Virus record (IMG/VR): IMGVR_UViG_3300010158_000080
Location: 1-57,295 of that record
DNA from: a virus
Lineage: Duplodnaviria; Caudoviricetes
DNA: 57,295 nt
Strand: one strand, 5' to 3'
Positions 44,917 through 54,361 of the stretch are shown in pieces. How positions within the stretch are numbered: position 1 is the stretch's first letter; each line of letters begins with the position of its first letter. Under the pieces are notes generated by a model, which did not search any database, was not told where the DNA came from, and saw only the letters and a list, made by a program, of their open reading frames with translations. The position numbers were made by a program, and so were the translations under genes.

Positions 44917-45150
44917 TTAGCCTCCCATCATGCCGCCGGGAGAAGGCATTCCGCCCGGTGCCGATGGCATACCCTGATCTGGAGCCGCAGGTTTAGTGCT
45001 ACCCATGCTTGGATCACTTGGCATCCCCATCGGCGGGAACGCCATTGGAGATTGTGGAAAAGCCGTTGCAGCCGCAGTCGAGCGTTTGAGCGATTTGATA
45101 TGCCCGCCACCGCGCTTACCGCCAGATTTCATGCTTTTAATTTTTTTCAT
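44917..45150 (-). CDS. Small basic, M/P/G-rich protein
   Basis: AGGGA RBS before ATG 45150; MKKIKSMKSGGKRGGG...GMPSPGGMMGG. Confidence 0.55.
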   Translation of the reverse strand: MKKIKSMKSGGKRGGGHIKSLKRSTAAATAFPQSPMAFPPMGMPSDPSMGSTKPAAPDQGMPSAPGGMPSPGGMMGG

Positions 45151-45169
45151 GTTAAATTCCCTATAATCA

Positions 45170-46096
45170 TCAGAAAATAGATGGATTTGCCGCAATCGTT
45201 GAACCTGCACTGTTATATAAACCATTAGTAGGCGTAACAATTCCACCGGAACCATAAAGCGGCGTTCCATAGCTGCTAAATTTATTGCTGAGTTGGCTCA
45301 ATCCGCTGGTCAAAGCATTTGTTGAACCCACAATGCCCGCCGCTTGCGATTGGCCGGCTTGCAATTGAGATTGCGCCGCGTTCGCCGCCGCCGTCGCTCC
45401 CGCATTGCCCACGCCCGCCGCAGCGTTTTCGCCAAGCGAGGCTGCGGATTGAAGTGCTGACACATAGGGCTGCCAGCCCTGTTGCTGGGCATAACCTTGG
45501 CCGTAGGCTTGGGCATCTTTAAGCTGCGCGCCGGACAGCGTGAGGCCACGCGATGCCGCGCTTCGGTCGAGAGCTTGAATGCCTTGGCCAAGCCCGAACT
45601 GATAACCCGGCATTTGAGTAAGCAGTTGGGTTGCCAATTGCGGGTTGGGCTGCCCGGTATTGTTGGCGTTTACCGTCGTCCCTTGCTGGGGTTGCGTACC
45701 ACCAAGCGCAGAAACTGGGACTTGGATTTGCCCAATGCCGGGAATGTCGATTGTCGTCATGGCATTGGGGTTCGATCCCGCCGCGCCAAGCTGGCTGGTC
45801 ATGCCTGTTTGCTGGCCGCCACCGCCAAAGCCAAAAATGTTGGCGAGTTGCGAAAACGCATTATTGCCACCCGTCATAAACGGCGACAAATCATTGCGCG
45901 TTCGGTCATACATTTGCAGTTGCGTTTGCGTGGCATTGTTTGCTGCCTGCGTTTGCGCTGCCGCCGCATCGCCTGCCGCGTTACTACCTATAACTGAATT
46001 GGCAATTGTAGATCCAATTCCGACAACAGCCGCTGTAGTGCCAATTGCCGCTGCGCTGCCAAGCGCCCCAATGCCGATTGCCGCACCGATACCCAT
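45170..46096 (-). CDS. Ejection/DNA-transfer (pilot) protein, gp7-like
   Basis: Hydrophobic G/A N-terminus, AA.AQ..AA..A...Q..MY..TR.DL.PF, PGYQF...QG.QALDRSAA.RG..LSG. Confidence 0.8.
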   Translation of the reverse strand: MGIGAAIGIGALGSAAAIGTTAAVVGIGSTIANSVIGSNAAGDAAAAQTQAANNATQTQLQMYDRTRNDLSPFMTGGNNAFSQLANIFGFGGGGQQTGMTSQLGAAGSNPNAMTTIDIPGIGQIQVPVSALGGTQPQQGTTVNANNTGQPNPQLATQLLTQMPGYQFGLGQGIQALDRSAASRGLTLSGAQLKDAQAYGQGYAQQQGWQPYVSALQSAASLGENAAAGVGNAGATAAANAAQSQLQAGQSQAAGIVGSTNALTSGLSQLSNKFSSYGTPLYGSGGIVTPTNGLYNSAGSTIAANPSIF

Positions 46097-47166
46097 TACT
46101 GGACCCCCGCCAAATCAAGTCGGTAAAGATGCCCAAAATCTTGCGCGCCCATGCGGCGGTAAATGGCATTTATCCTACCACCATTTCCGCGCAATCCATC
46201 ACGCATTTGGATTTCACTGACACCACGCTCTTTGAGAACCCGCGCAGCTTGCCTTTGCAATTTCAAACCAAGGCCCGGAAAAAGAGGCGAAGCATAAAAT
46301 GTGGTATGCTCGGACGATACAATCCCAATTGCATCAAACTTTTCGCCAATAACCGTCATCAGATACCCAAACATTCGGCCATTGCACCGGGCGGTCGTGA
46401 TCTGCATCGCGCCATGCTCGTAAAGCCGGCGCATGTAGGGGATGTTGGTTTTTTCCCATTGGGCCGGGTTTTCACCAATCATCGCCATGTGGTCGCGGAA
46501 CAAATGTTCGGCTCCCGCCACCCAATCGTCGAAGCTTTCGGTCTGGAGCGTCAAGCCTTCTGGGGCAACAGGTTCCCGCATAGCCATAGCCGCAAGTGTG
46601 TGATGCTTGGCAATTGCCGCCAAACGCTCCAGCGCGGGGGCGTAGGCAGCGGCATAGCGCATCATGGCCTTCATATTGCATTGCACATTCACCGCCGCCC
46701 AGCGCGCCCAGTGCAGGCGATCATGGGAATAAGGCAGGCAATGCTCAAAAACCGCCTTGCAAGTCGCCTCATCGATCAAATCAGCATAGCGTACTGATAG
46801 CACCCCCGGCACCCTTGCCTTGATCTGGTCAAGCTTGCGGTCAAGATATTGCATCCGGCTTGTGAGCATGGCACGGTCAAACGCCACACCGGGCAGCCGC
46901 ATGAGGCTTTCCACCACTTCCTCAACTGGCCGGCGCACAACTAGCACCTTGGCGTTCGGCGCAAACTGGTCGAGCAGCCGCCACCACGGCGCTGCGGATG
47001 TTTCTGCCGTTCCAATATCCGGCTGCGCGAACCAAGCCTTAATATCGTCAACGCTACGCATGTGGCGCAATTGCTCATGGCCGCAAATCGCATCCCCATA
47101 AGTGAGGAATTGCGATAGCCATGCGGTGCGCGACCGAGGCAAAGCAAAGATCACAAACGGCGGCAT
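46096..47166 (-). CDS. Sulfotransferase-like (P-loop) plus GNAT acyltransferase fusion
   Basis: Start ATG 47166 overlaps the upstream TGA. FVIFALPRSRTAWL (5'-PSB-like), HE, KVLVVRRPVEEVVES (3'-PB-like); C-terminal TARCNGRMFGY...FYASPLFPGLGLKL...LKERGV...IYRRMGA. Confidence 0.7.
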   Translation of the reverse strand: MPPFVIFALPRSRTAWLSQFLTYGDAICGHEQLRHMRSVDDIKAWFAQPDIGTAETSAAPWWRLLDQFAPNAKVLVVRRPVEEVVESLMRLPGVAFDRAMLTSRMQYLDRKLDQIKARVPGVLSVRYADLIDEATCKAVFEHCLPYSHDRLHWARWAAVNVQCNMKAMMRYAAAYAPALERLAAIAKHHTLAAMAMREPVAPEGLTLQTESFDDWVAGAEHLFRDHMAMIGENPAQWEKTNIPYMRRLYEHGAMQITTARCNGRMFGYLMTVIGEKFDAIGIVSSEHTTFYASPLFPGLGLKLQRQAARVLKERGVSEIQMRDGLRGNGGRINAIYRRMGAQDFGHLYRLDLAGVQ

Positions 47167-47498
47167 CAGCTCGTGACTGTGCCAGAGGCAAAAAGGTTGA
47201 CCAAACCACCTGTAGCACCCTTGGCATAAATCTTGTCGCCGGGAGCAAGCGTCTGGCCGATCAGCGCAAAGATGTTGTACGGCACACCAGCCAAACAATT
47301 CTGTTCGACAATGATGCTGGCTGCGCCCGTACCACCGCCAGACGGCACCCATTCAATCGTAACCAATTCCGCCGCATTTCCGCGTGGATTATAGAGCGTC
47401 ATCGCATCGACGCGAGTATAGCCCGCCGCCGTAAAATAAGCGGTGAACGCATTGGCGATCTGTTGCGACTGGATAAGGGGTTGGATCGTGACAGACAT
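47166..47498 (-). CDS. Small beta-rich virion protein
   Basis: LIGQTLAPGDKIYA...VNLFASG; located in the tail module. Confidence 0.65.
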   Translation of the reverse strand: MSVTIQPLIQSQQIANAFTAYFTAAGYTRVDAMTLYNPRGNAAELVTIEWVPSGGGTGAASIIVEQNCLAGVPYNIFALIGQTLAPGDKIYAKGATGGLVNLFASGTVTS

Positions 47499-47587
47499 TT
47501 TGTTTCCTTTGGCCGGCTGGACCTTGGAAAGCGTGGTGTCTGCGCCCTCACATTCTCGCTATCACAAATAGGCTTGCAGGCAAAGCC

Positions 47588-48199
47588 CTAACCAATTCGC
47601 CACTGGCTTCCGCCCGATTCCCAATAAACAGGGACATGATTCGCACCGCCGCCCGCTGCAACCGTTCCAAAGTTTCCGGCGGCAACAACGGACCCATCGG
47701 TAATAAAGGCGCGCTGCCCATCATAGGCAGGAGGGGGCAAGTCTGCAAAAATCACCGCATAGCTAGGCTGGGGGGCACTTGCAGGTGTTCTGGCCAGCAT
47801 TGCAACGGCCTCGATCTCGCTGCGCGACATTTGGCCTGATATGGGCGCACTGGTTGGGGCAGAAGCCAAAATAGGTAACGATGGCAGCGAGGTCAAAGCA
47901 GGCGCAGCAGGCGCAGCAGGCGGCGCTACCGCAGGCGGGGTAAGCAAAGCAAGCGCTGCGGCCACATCGTTAATCAGCGCCAGTGCAATAGCTTGAATGC
48001 CGCCGGGGCTGGGGGAATTGGCTTCTGTCACATCGACTATGCCGCCAGTGCCATGAATTGAAGCCCATAGCTCTTGCAAAAATTGAATAGCCGGCGGGGT
48101 TAACGTCGTTGTGCCATCTTGGTTTAGCGTAGCCCAAGGAAGCCCAAATACCGGGGGCGGTGAATTACCCGCAGATTGCGGAAACGAGGGATTGCTCAT
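47588..48199 (-). CDS. Putative tail needle/accessory protein
   Basis: Follows the gp10-like gene; C-terminal FADLP....GQRAFITD...GGGANHVPVY...WRIG. Confidence 0.6.
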   Translation of the reverse strand: MSNPSFPQSAGNSPPPVFGLPWATLNQDGTTTLTPPAIQFLQELWASIHGTGGIVDVTEANSPSPGGIQAIALALINDVAAALALLTPPAVAPPAAPAAPALTSLPSLPILASAPTSAPISGQMSRSEIEAVAMLARTPASAPQPSYAVIFADLPPPAYDGQRAFITDGSVVAAGNFGTVAAGGGANHVPVYWESGGSQWRIG

Positions 48200-49608
48200 C
48201 CCATGCCCGCCTTTATATCGGCGTAGGCCGCAATGATAGTACGTCGCACTGGGTCAGTAACGACAAATTCCCACATCATTTGTCGCCCTTGGCCCTGCGC
48301 CATCCATCGCAAGCGCTTGAGATATTCACCCTCCATGCCCATAGATCGCCACAATTGCGTTTTTGACCATGTCATCCCGCCATCAATCGATCGACGCATC
48401 ATAATTTGCGGGTCAGAGCCTTGCCCGGTTGTGAGGCCAACACCAGCCTGCACTTGCAATTCGAGGCGCGAGCAAAAAATGCGCCGCCGGTCAGCATGTT
48501 GGTTCATCGACCAAATCAAGCCGATCATGGGATTGCCGATTTCGGTAAAAATATCCGAATCAACGATACCCATTTCACCGCTTAAACTGTCGCCTAAATA
48601 TACCCCATCATAAGCAGCAACCGCTGTCGAAAAGCGCCACGCACCAAGGTCGATATAATCAGCATCGACCGAATTTCGCTCATGCCATTTGCCTGTTGAT
48701 ATATCGTAGCACAGAGTTTTGTTCAGGCTGGGGACGGTCATAAATACAAGCTTGTGACCTTCCCATGTGAACGTCATACAAAAAACATTGGTAATGTTGT
48801 CAGCTTTCGCCAACAAAGTTTCGATAGGGTGCGTCGAAACCCGAAGCGCGGCATTGGCCTGCAATCGGTAAAACACATGGTCAGCACCCAAAAAGAAAAT
48901 TGCGCCATCTTGTTTGATGATTGAATAAGGTGAGATACACCCATAATTGATGATACCACCCGAATACCGCTGAAAAGGAAAATTTGCGGTGCCGGCGTCA
49001 TACCAAATCTCAATGTGCGAGCTGCAAAAAATAAATTCCAATTGCAGATTTTGAACAGTCGCGGTGACAAATCCCGGCTGCCCTTCGGCAGAGGCAAAGT
49101 CCAAGCCGTTATAGGTCAGGCCATCATAAAGGTCTGATAGGAACCACTGGTTTGTTCCGACGCGGTCAAAAATGAAATAGCCGTCCGTGAATGAAACCGT
49201 GTTCGCTGGGTAAAATGCCGCCGATGTGATCGACACCAGCCCCCCGGCCACGGTATAAATCCAGCCAGCCACACCGTTAACGATGCACAATTGTACGCCA
49301 TTATCGCTCATCGAAACGCGATTGGTGCCGCTGATCCCAATACCAACAAGGGTTCCCGCACCGTTCTTAGCTACGGACCACAACTCGCTGCCGGAAACGG
49401 TATAGATCACGCCATTGAAATTCCAACTTCCCCGGTGCGGCCCAAGCCCGACACTTTTCAAAGACAATGTGCCAGGGCAACCAATCAGCGGCATTTTGCC
49501 CTCTGCTTCTTCCGGCTGCCGCTCGGTCATAAAATTGAGCAGCCGCGTGTTCACCAATTGCGGTGTGCGGCTGACTGCAAATTCAGAAGCGAGGACAATT
49601 TCAGGCAT
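48196..49608 (-). CDS. P22 gp10-like tail hub (packaged DNA stabilization) protein
   Basis: VYTVSG..L, MSDNG.QL, DGYFIF, FASAE..P, YDISTGKWHER, S.DGG.TWS, GEY.KR.RW...G. Confidence 0.85.
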   Translation of the reverse strand: MPEIVLASEFAVSRTPQLVNTRLLNFMTERQPEEAEGKMPLIGCPGTLSLKSVGLGPHRGSWNFNGVIYTVSGSELWSVAKNGAGTLVGIGISGTNRVSMSDNGVQLCIVNGVAGWIYTVAGGLVSITSAAFYPANTVSFTDGYFIFDRVGTNQWFLSDLYDGLTYNGLDFASAEGQPGFVTATVQNLQLEFIFCSSHIEIWYDAGTANFPFQRYSGGIINYGCISPYSIIKQDGAIFFLGADHVFYRLQANAALRVSTHPIETLLAKADNITNVFCMTFTWEGHKLVFMTVPSLNKTLCYDISTGKWHERNSVDADYIDLGAWRFSTAVAAYDGVYLGDSLSGEMGIVDSDIFTEIGNPMIGLIWSMNQHADRRRIFCSRLELQVQAGVGLTTGQGSDPQIMMRRSIDGGMTWSKTQLWRSMGMEGEYLKRLRWMAQGQGRQMMWEFVVTDPVRRTIIAAYADIKAGMG

Positions 49609-50566
49609 TGTTCACCGCTTCCCAGCTCATGCCAAATTGGATAGGCTCGCTGTCGCGGTCATAATTGATTGCAAGGTCTGCGTACTGGTCCGCTTGCATT
49701 TTGATAAATTGCTGGCGCTCTGGCGGCACATCGTAAATGCCGATCAAGTCTTTAGCTAACGCCCACATCAGCGGCGCAATCCACTCCTGCGGAAAGTCGA
49801 TAGTGTTAGCCGGCGAAAAGAAGTCTTGCAACGGGCGATACCATGTGAAGCGAACTGCCCACGCTGTCATCACTGGCGATGGCCAGATATAGAAAATGCC
49901 GCGATCTCGCTGGGGGGTGTAGAACCATTGCGTCGGTGTCCCCGGAGAAAACTTGTTCGGGGTGTCCATGTACTCTTGCCGCGACATGATCCCCATAGGC
50001 GTCTCGTTCAGCCCTTGCAGAGTCAGGAGCCGCGCTGCGGGCACTTTCAAGGGGCGAGATATGGCAGTCGTATATACCAACGCAAAATTGCCGTTTGACG
50101 CAGCAGAAGGCAAATGTGCGGCTAGCGTGACCACATTGCCAGCCGGCGCTCCGTTTACGGTCGTCCAGAATGTTGCGCCATTGTCGAGGATGATGCCAAT
50201 GTTTTGCCCGCTCGTCACCAAAAGCGCGGTATTAACTGTAATCGACCCCGCGCCAGTCGGCGCAGATGCCGTCAGCGTCAACTTTTGCCATTCGTTCGAA
50301 TCAGAAGTGTTCGCATTGGTTCCCGGGCCACCAATCTCATAGCGCACCTGACCGGGCTGAAGAAAGAGGATAGCCTCCTCTTGTGTCCACACGTGCATTC
50401 CTGTTGCCTGCACCGCCGCAACAATCGAGTTCAACTGGAAAATGCCGGTTTGATACATCGCGCCGGTCGGTGTTTCATCTTCGGCGATTACACCAAGCTG
50501 GCGCAAAGATTGAGCCACAATGTCTGTGACCGCCGGGTTCCAATTTGACTGGTTGCTGGTCGTCAT
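49601..50566 (-). CDS. Head-tail adaptor (gp4/tail tubular A-like) with inserted beta domain
   Basis: DIVAQSLRQLGV...ISRQEY..PNK..G.PTQWFY...WP.P...DFPQEW..PL.W.LA. Confidence 0.75.
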   Translation of the reverse strand: MTTSNQSNWNPAVTDIVAQSLRQLGVIAEDETPTGAMYQTGIFQLNSIVAAVQATGMHVWTQEEAILFLQPGQVRYEIGGPGTNANTSDSNEWQKLTLTASAPTGAGSITVNTALLVTSGQNIGIILDNGATFWTTVNGAPAGNVVTLAAHLPSAASNGNFALVYTTAISRPLKVPAARLLTLQGLNETPMGIMSRQEYMDTPNKFSPGTPTQWFYTPQRDRGIFYIWPSPVMTAWAVRFTWYRPLQDFFSPANTIDFPQEWIAPLMWALAKDLIGIYDVPPERQQFIKMQADQYADLAINYDRDSEPIQFGMSWEAVNNA

Positions 50567-51018
50567 GCTGGTATCCCATAATCACAAACAAGGTTTCCGC
50601 TGGCAGCCATATAAGGCAACGGCGCGGCCAAAACGATAAATTCCCCGGAACCGTCTATCGACAAAAGTTTTGTCGGAAACTCGACCCCATTGTTCATCAT
50701 CACGCCGATCTTGTTGCCGACGGTCAGGCCGGTCAGATATTGCACATAGACGTGGGTCGCTCCCACATTTGCCGATGCGCTCATCTGCACATAAACAGGG
50801 CCGATGAAATGGTTTGGAGCCAGCGGGCGGGCGTCAGGGACCGTTTGCAAATCCTTGACGCCGCGCACCAAATCTTGAGGCTGGCGAGGCTCCCAGCGCG
50901 CCTCATCGACAATCAAATTATTCCATTGTTTTCGAGTTACCTCGGATCGTTGCGGGAAACCCGTCCGATCATCAACGCGGTAGAAACTTCCAGCCTTGAA
51001 ATGATAATGCCTGCCCAT
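50563..51018 (-). CDS. Hypothetical virion-module protein
   Basis: DDRTGF...W....V....WEPRQPQD.VRGV.D.Q.VP.ARP. Confidence 0.65.
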   Translation of the reverse strand: MGRHYHFKAGSFYRVDDRTGFPQRSEVTRKQWNNLIVDEARWEPRQPQDLVRGVKDLQTVPDARPLAPNHFIGPVYVQMSASANVGATHVYVQYLTGLTVGNKIGVMMNNGVEFPTKLLSIDGSGEFIVLAAPLPYMAASGNLVCDYGIPA

Positions 51019-51054
51019 AAGCCTAGCCTTTGGAAGCCACGCATGAGCGCGGCA

Positions 51055-52419
51055 TTAACGGTAGGAAATTGTAATATCTGGCGCGGCGGTTCCGGTCGTC
51101 ACAACAGTCAGGCCAGTCGAAAAGGCCACATCATAGCGATAACTGGTTTGCCCTGCCAAAGTGTTGATAACGGCGATTACGGTGCCAGAAGCCGCTGTGT
51201 TGTCGTAAATCGTCGCAGTAGAAGCAACCGTACCCAAAGTGTTCACTGTCAAAGTATGTAGAAAACCAGCCCCGCTTTTACATGTGGTCGTGGTCGCGGT
51301 CGAAATGTGGCAGTATGGCCGGCCAGATTCTTCGACAGCGGCAACACCAATACCTGTGTTGAGCGACGCTGCGGCACTGGCCGATTTTGCAAGGTCAGTC
51401 GTGCTACCATTGTAAAGCTGGTTCAAAGACGTGACGCCAAACCAGTTACCGGAAGTAGAGTTTGCCGTTGCGGCGACACTGCCAACAACGGTGGCACAGC
51501 CCGCCGATGATGTTCCAGAGCAAACCGCAGTAGTTAAACGACTGGCTAGTAGAGCAGTGGGAATGCGCTTTAGCGCGACTTTCACTGTTGACGCACCAGC
51601 TCCGACTTGAGTTAATTTGAAATTCGTGCCCGTTGGGCATTCATAGACACCTGTTGCGTTTAATGTTGCCGTCTGAAAAATAATGGTCGCGGTATTCACT
51701 GGTCGGCATTGAACCGTATTGTAGTTGCTTCCGCTATCATAGGACGCGCTAGCCGTGATTGAGGTGGCGGTCAGCGCTGTGATATGCAGCTCGACCGCTG
51801 CAAAGCCAACCGTCGAAAATGGCGTGTTGGTCAGATCGACTGCCGATGCGGCACTTGCTGCAACCGTGACGCCATCCACCACACTATCAAGGTTGGCATT
51901 AAGCGCAGTCGCGCCGGCAATACCTTGCACTGTCAGGACATCAGTTGATGCGGTGCCAGCGATGCCAAGGGCAGGCTGTTTAGCCACAGTCGCCGCACCT
52001 GTTGGCAAAGGTAAAGATGCAGCCGAAACTGCAAAGGTGCCAGTACCAGCGTTGGCTGTGACCGTTGGCGTGGCGGCAAAAGCTGGTAGTGTTCCGGTAA
52101 TGCCAATCGTGGAATCTGTCGAGGTCGTAACCCGCTGAGTGCCAGTGCTAGATGCCCCCGTCCCGACATTGACGGTCGCACCATTGACCTGCTTTAGGTT
52201 GCTATCCTGTGTCCCTGATGGCGTCGAGGTGGATGCCCCGCAAAGCTTGCCAGTGGTATCCTGCGTAACCTGCCGATTTTGGCCAGCCGCATAGGTCGTT
52301 GGAGGCGTCCCACACGAGGACACAACAATGGCGCTACTGGCTTGAGCATAGGCAGCATTGCAGCCTACCAAGCAAAACACCGGTAAAAAAGCGGCGACAA
52401 GCCAAATGGGAAATTTCAT
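51055..52419 (-). CDS. T/A/S-rich beta-fibre-like protein with N-terminal signal peptide
   Basis: MKFPIWLVAAFLPVFCLVGCNAAYA leader; T/A/G-rich body; C-terminal beta-sandwich-like segment. Confidence 0.7.
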   Translation of the reverse strand: MKFPIWLVAAFLPVFCLVGCNAAYAQASSAIVVSSCGTPPTTYAAGQNRQVTQDTTGKLCGASTSTPSGTQDSNLKQVNGATVNVGTGASSTGTQRVTTSTDSTIGITGTLPAFAATPTVTANAGTGTFAVSAASLPLPTGAATVAKQPALGIAGTASTDVLTVQGIAGATALNANLDSVVDGVTVAASAASAVDLTNTPFSTVGFAAVELHITALTATSITASASYDSGSNYNTVQCRPVNTATIIFQTATLNATGVYECPTGTNFKLTQVGAGASTVKVALKRIPTALLASRLTTAVCSGTSSAGCATVVGSVAATANSTSGNWFGVTSLNQLYNGSTTDLAKSASAAASLNTGIGVAAVEESGRPYCHISTATTTTCKSGAGFLHTLTVNTLGTVASTATIYDNTAASGTVIAVINTLAGQTSYRYDVAFSTGLTVVTTGTAAPDITISYR

Positions 52420-52847
52420 GTCTGCGGAACCCTTTTGCGAAGATAGAGAATAACCGAATAAGTCGCCCCGACCAGTGGGTCTTGGCTAATCATTTTTATG
52501 GAGCCTGTTGCTCCATCCAATCCTGTTGGCACCCGGATGCCGCCAAAACGATCCCACCGAAAATCCTCCGGCGCAGAGCCGAGCGCAAGAATGTCCTGAT
52601 CGGTAGTCGCCTCCCAGCGCATCACCATCTTCATGTCTTGGACATCATAATCCAATCCAATGATCGAGGTATAAATGCCGGGGTAAACGATCTGCCCCCC
52701 CGGCGCGGTAACGCCGAAAGAGCCGGAACTGGTCGCGTTGTAGATCGTGACGCTTTCGTTTGGCGTCCCGTCGGAAACCTGCGTGGCCCTGATAACGACA
52801 TTGCGATAGCCGTTTTCAAGGATTTGCAGCGTATTTGTGCTGGCCAT
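52416..52847 (-). CDS. Hypothetical structural protein
   Basis: QILENG.RNVV...GATGSI...YSVIL.LRK; in the head-neck module. Confidence 0.65.
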   Translation of the reverse strand: MASTNTLQILENGYRNVVIRATQVSDGTPNESVTIYNATSSGSFGVTAPGGQIVYPGIYTSIIGLDYDVQDMKMVMRWEATTDQDILALGSAPEDFRWDRFGGIRVPTGLDGATGSIKMISQDPLVGATYSVILYLRKRVPQT

Positions 52848-52867
52848 TGGTCGATCCTTTTAGCCGT

Positions 52868-53800
52868 TTAGGCTTGAGTAACACCAAAGAGGCCGGTGGT
52901 TGGGTTGGTGGCCAGCAACGACAGGCTTGGGAATACAGCCATCATCAGGCGCTTAGTCCCGTCCGAGGCCGATTGCACTGCATAAGTGCCGCGAACATCA
53001 CCCGTCACATTGGTCGCCGTAGTGGCGTCGGCGGCGACAAAACCGGTCGATGCGGTAATCAGCGTCGAGTTCCAGTTGATATGCGTATCACAAAAGTTTG
53101 GAGCGCGAATGCCAAGGCCAAAAATGTCAGCCGTCCCAACCGAATAATTGTGAGCATCGGTGAATTGCGGCACAATCGACGTGATCGCCTTGAACGCTTT
53201 TTTGCCGTTGGTCGTCGCCACACCCGCCGCCGCCGTGATTTTTTCAGTCATCGGATAGCCATAGATGTCATAGCCATAGACAATAAAATCACCCCCAGTC
53301 GTGCTAACGACACCGGTAATTGAGACTGCGCGGCCAACACAAGTTTGGCGGCTATAGAACCCTGTCGTGACGTTGCCGGCGGTGCCAAACAATTGCAACG
53401 AAGGCAATGCGTCAATCACAACGCCGGCACTCAAAGTCACGCTGGCGGGCAAAAGAAATGCAGGAGCCGCCGCTGAAAGCACGGTAATGCCCGCACCAGT
53501 CGCAGCGCGCAATGTCATTGCCGTTCCACTCACCACATTGGCAAGCGCTGCAATGTTGGCCGTGGCAATCGCACTCGGCACATAATTGGCGACAACGGGT
53601 TGAGCGCCGCCATACCAGCCAAGATAGGCCGGAAACGTAGCAGACGATCCACGCGCATTTGCTTGGAACCGATGATCTTGCAGGCCGGATGCGAGATAGT
53701 CGATATTGGGTGCCGCATTAAGCGGGATCGCGGTATTGCCATTGTTGTTTCGCGCAAGAACGCGGTGAACAGGTGCATAAAATGTGGTTGCAGCGCCCAT
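52868..53800 (-). CDS. Hypothetical structural (capsid decoration-like) protein
   Basis: A/T/G-rich; VYGYDIYGYPMTEKI...GKKAFK, TGDVRGT, GLFGVTQA. Confidence 0.65.
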   Translation of the reverse strand: MGAATTFYAPVHRVLARNNNGNTAIPLNAAPNIDYLASGLQDHRFQANARGSSATFPAYLGWYGGAQPVVANYVPSAIATANIAALANVVSGTAMTLRAATGAGITVLSAAAPAFLLPASVTLSAGVVIDALPSLQLFGTAGNVTTGFYSRQTCVGRAVSITGVVSTTGGDFIVYGYDIYGYPMTEKITAAAGVATTNGKKAFKAITSIVPQFTDAHNYSVGTADIFGLGIRAPNFCDTHINWNSTLITASTGFVAADATTATNVTGDVRGTYAVQSASDGTKRLMMAVFPSLSLLATNPTTGLFGVTQA

Positions 53801-53883
53801 GATAATTCTCCGATGCTGGACCCGAACGTGGGTCTTTCAGTTTCATCGGGTTCAGTGCGGTGACTTCAACAGTACCCGCAATC

Positions 53884-53912
53884 CTTATCGCCTGAAATGG
53901 CCCCTTAGTCAA
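53884..53912 (-). promoter_or_regulatory. Putative promoter TTGACT-N17-GATAAG
   Basis: Upstream of a structured ~80-nt leader of gene 52868-53800. Confidence 0.45.
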
Positions 53913-54194
53913 TCACACCGTTGGCCGGCCTTTGTGCCGTTCCGCAGAAGCGTACCGCATCAGGTCAAGACGGCCAAGGCGGCTGTATTCCATAAGGTGC
54001 CAAATGCCATTGCGCAGCTCGGATTGAGCCGCTGCAATGGCGCTGTCCTCGCGCTCTGGCCGCAAGCCAATCTCGTACCGGCTGCCCTCAATAATTGCCG
54101 TTGCCTTGATGACCACACCATCATCTTGAATGTTGACGGTAAAGCCATCAGGCATTGGCTCAAGAACAAGATCGGCAGGAACAACGCGGGTCAT
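53913..54194 (-). CDS. Hypothetical protein
   Basis: ATGA-coupled start at 54194. Confidence 0.6.
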   Translation of the reverse strand: MTRVVPADLVLEPMPDGFTVNIQDDGVVIKATAIIEGSRYEIGLRPEREDSAIAAAQSELRNGIWHLMEYSRLGRLDLMRYASAERHKGRPTV

Positions 54195-54358
54195 TTCTTC
54201 TTTCGCTTTTTGGCGTCGAGCGCTTTCTGTCCGGCTTTGTCCATTTTTTTGTCGGCGGGGGATTTCTCCCACGCCTTCATGGACATGCCGCTCTTTTTGG
54301 CTTCCCGCTTGTCATTTGCCTTATCGGCGCGGCTGCCTTCATATTTGCCCTGCGCCAT
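54191..54358 (-). CDS. 55-aa Lys-rich protein (missed by ORF track)
   Basis: MAQGKYEGSRADKANDKREAKKSGMSMKAWEKSPADKKMDKAGQKALDAKKRKKK; fills the gap and is coupled to the next gene. Confidence 0.65.
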   Translation of the reverse strand: MAQGKYEGSRADKANDKREAKKSGMSMKAWEKSPADKKMDKAGQKALDAKKRKKK

Positions 54359-54361
54359 CGG

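Noticed and set aside
47167-47352. N-terminal 62-aa extension of the 418-aa ORF
   Set aside because: Overlaps gene 47166-47498; the TGATG-coupled ATG at 47166 begins the recognisable domain.
47897-47925. GCAGGCGCA tandem repeat
   Set aside because: Encodes a PAAPAAPA linker; too short to imply phase variation.
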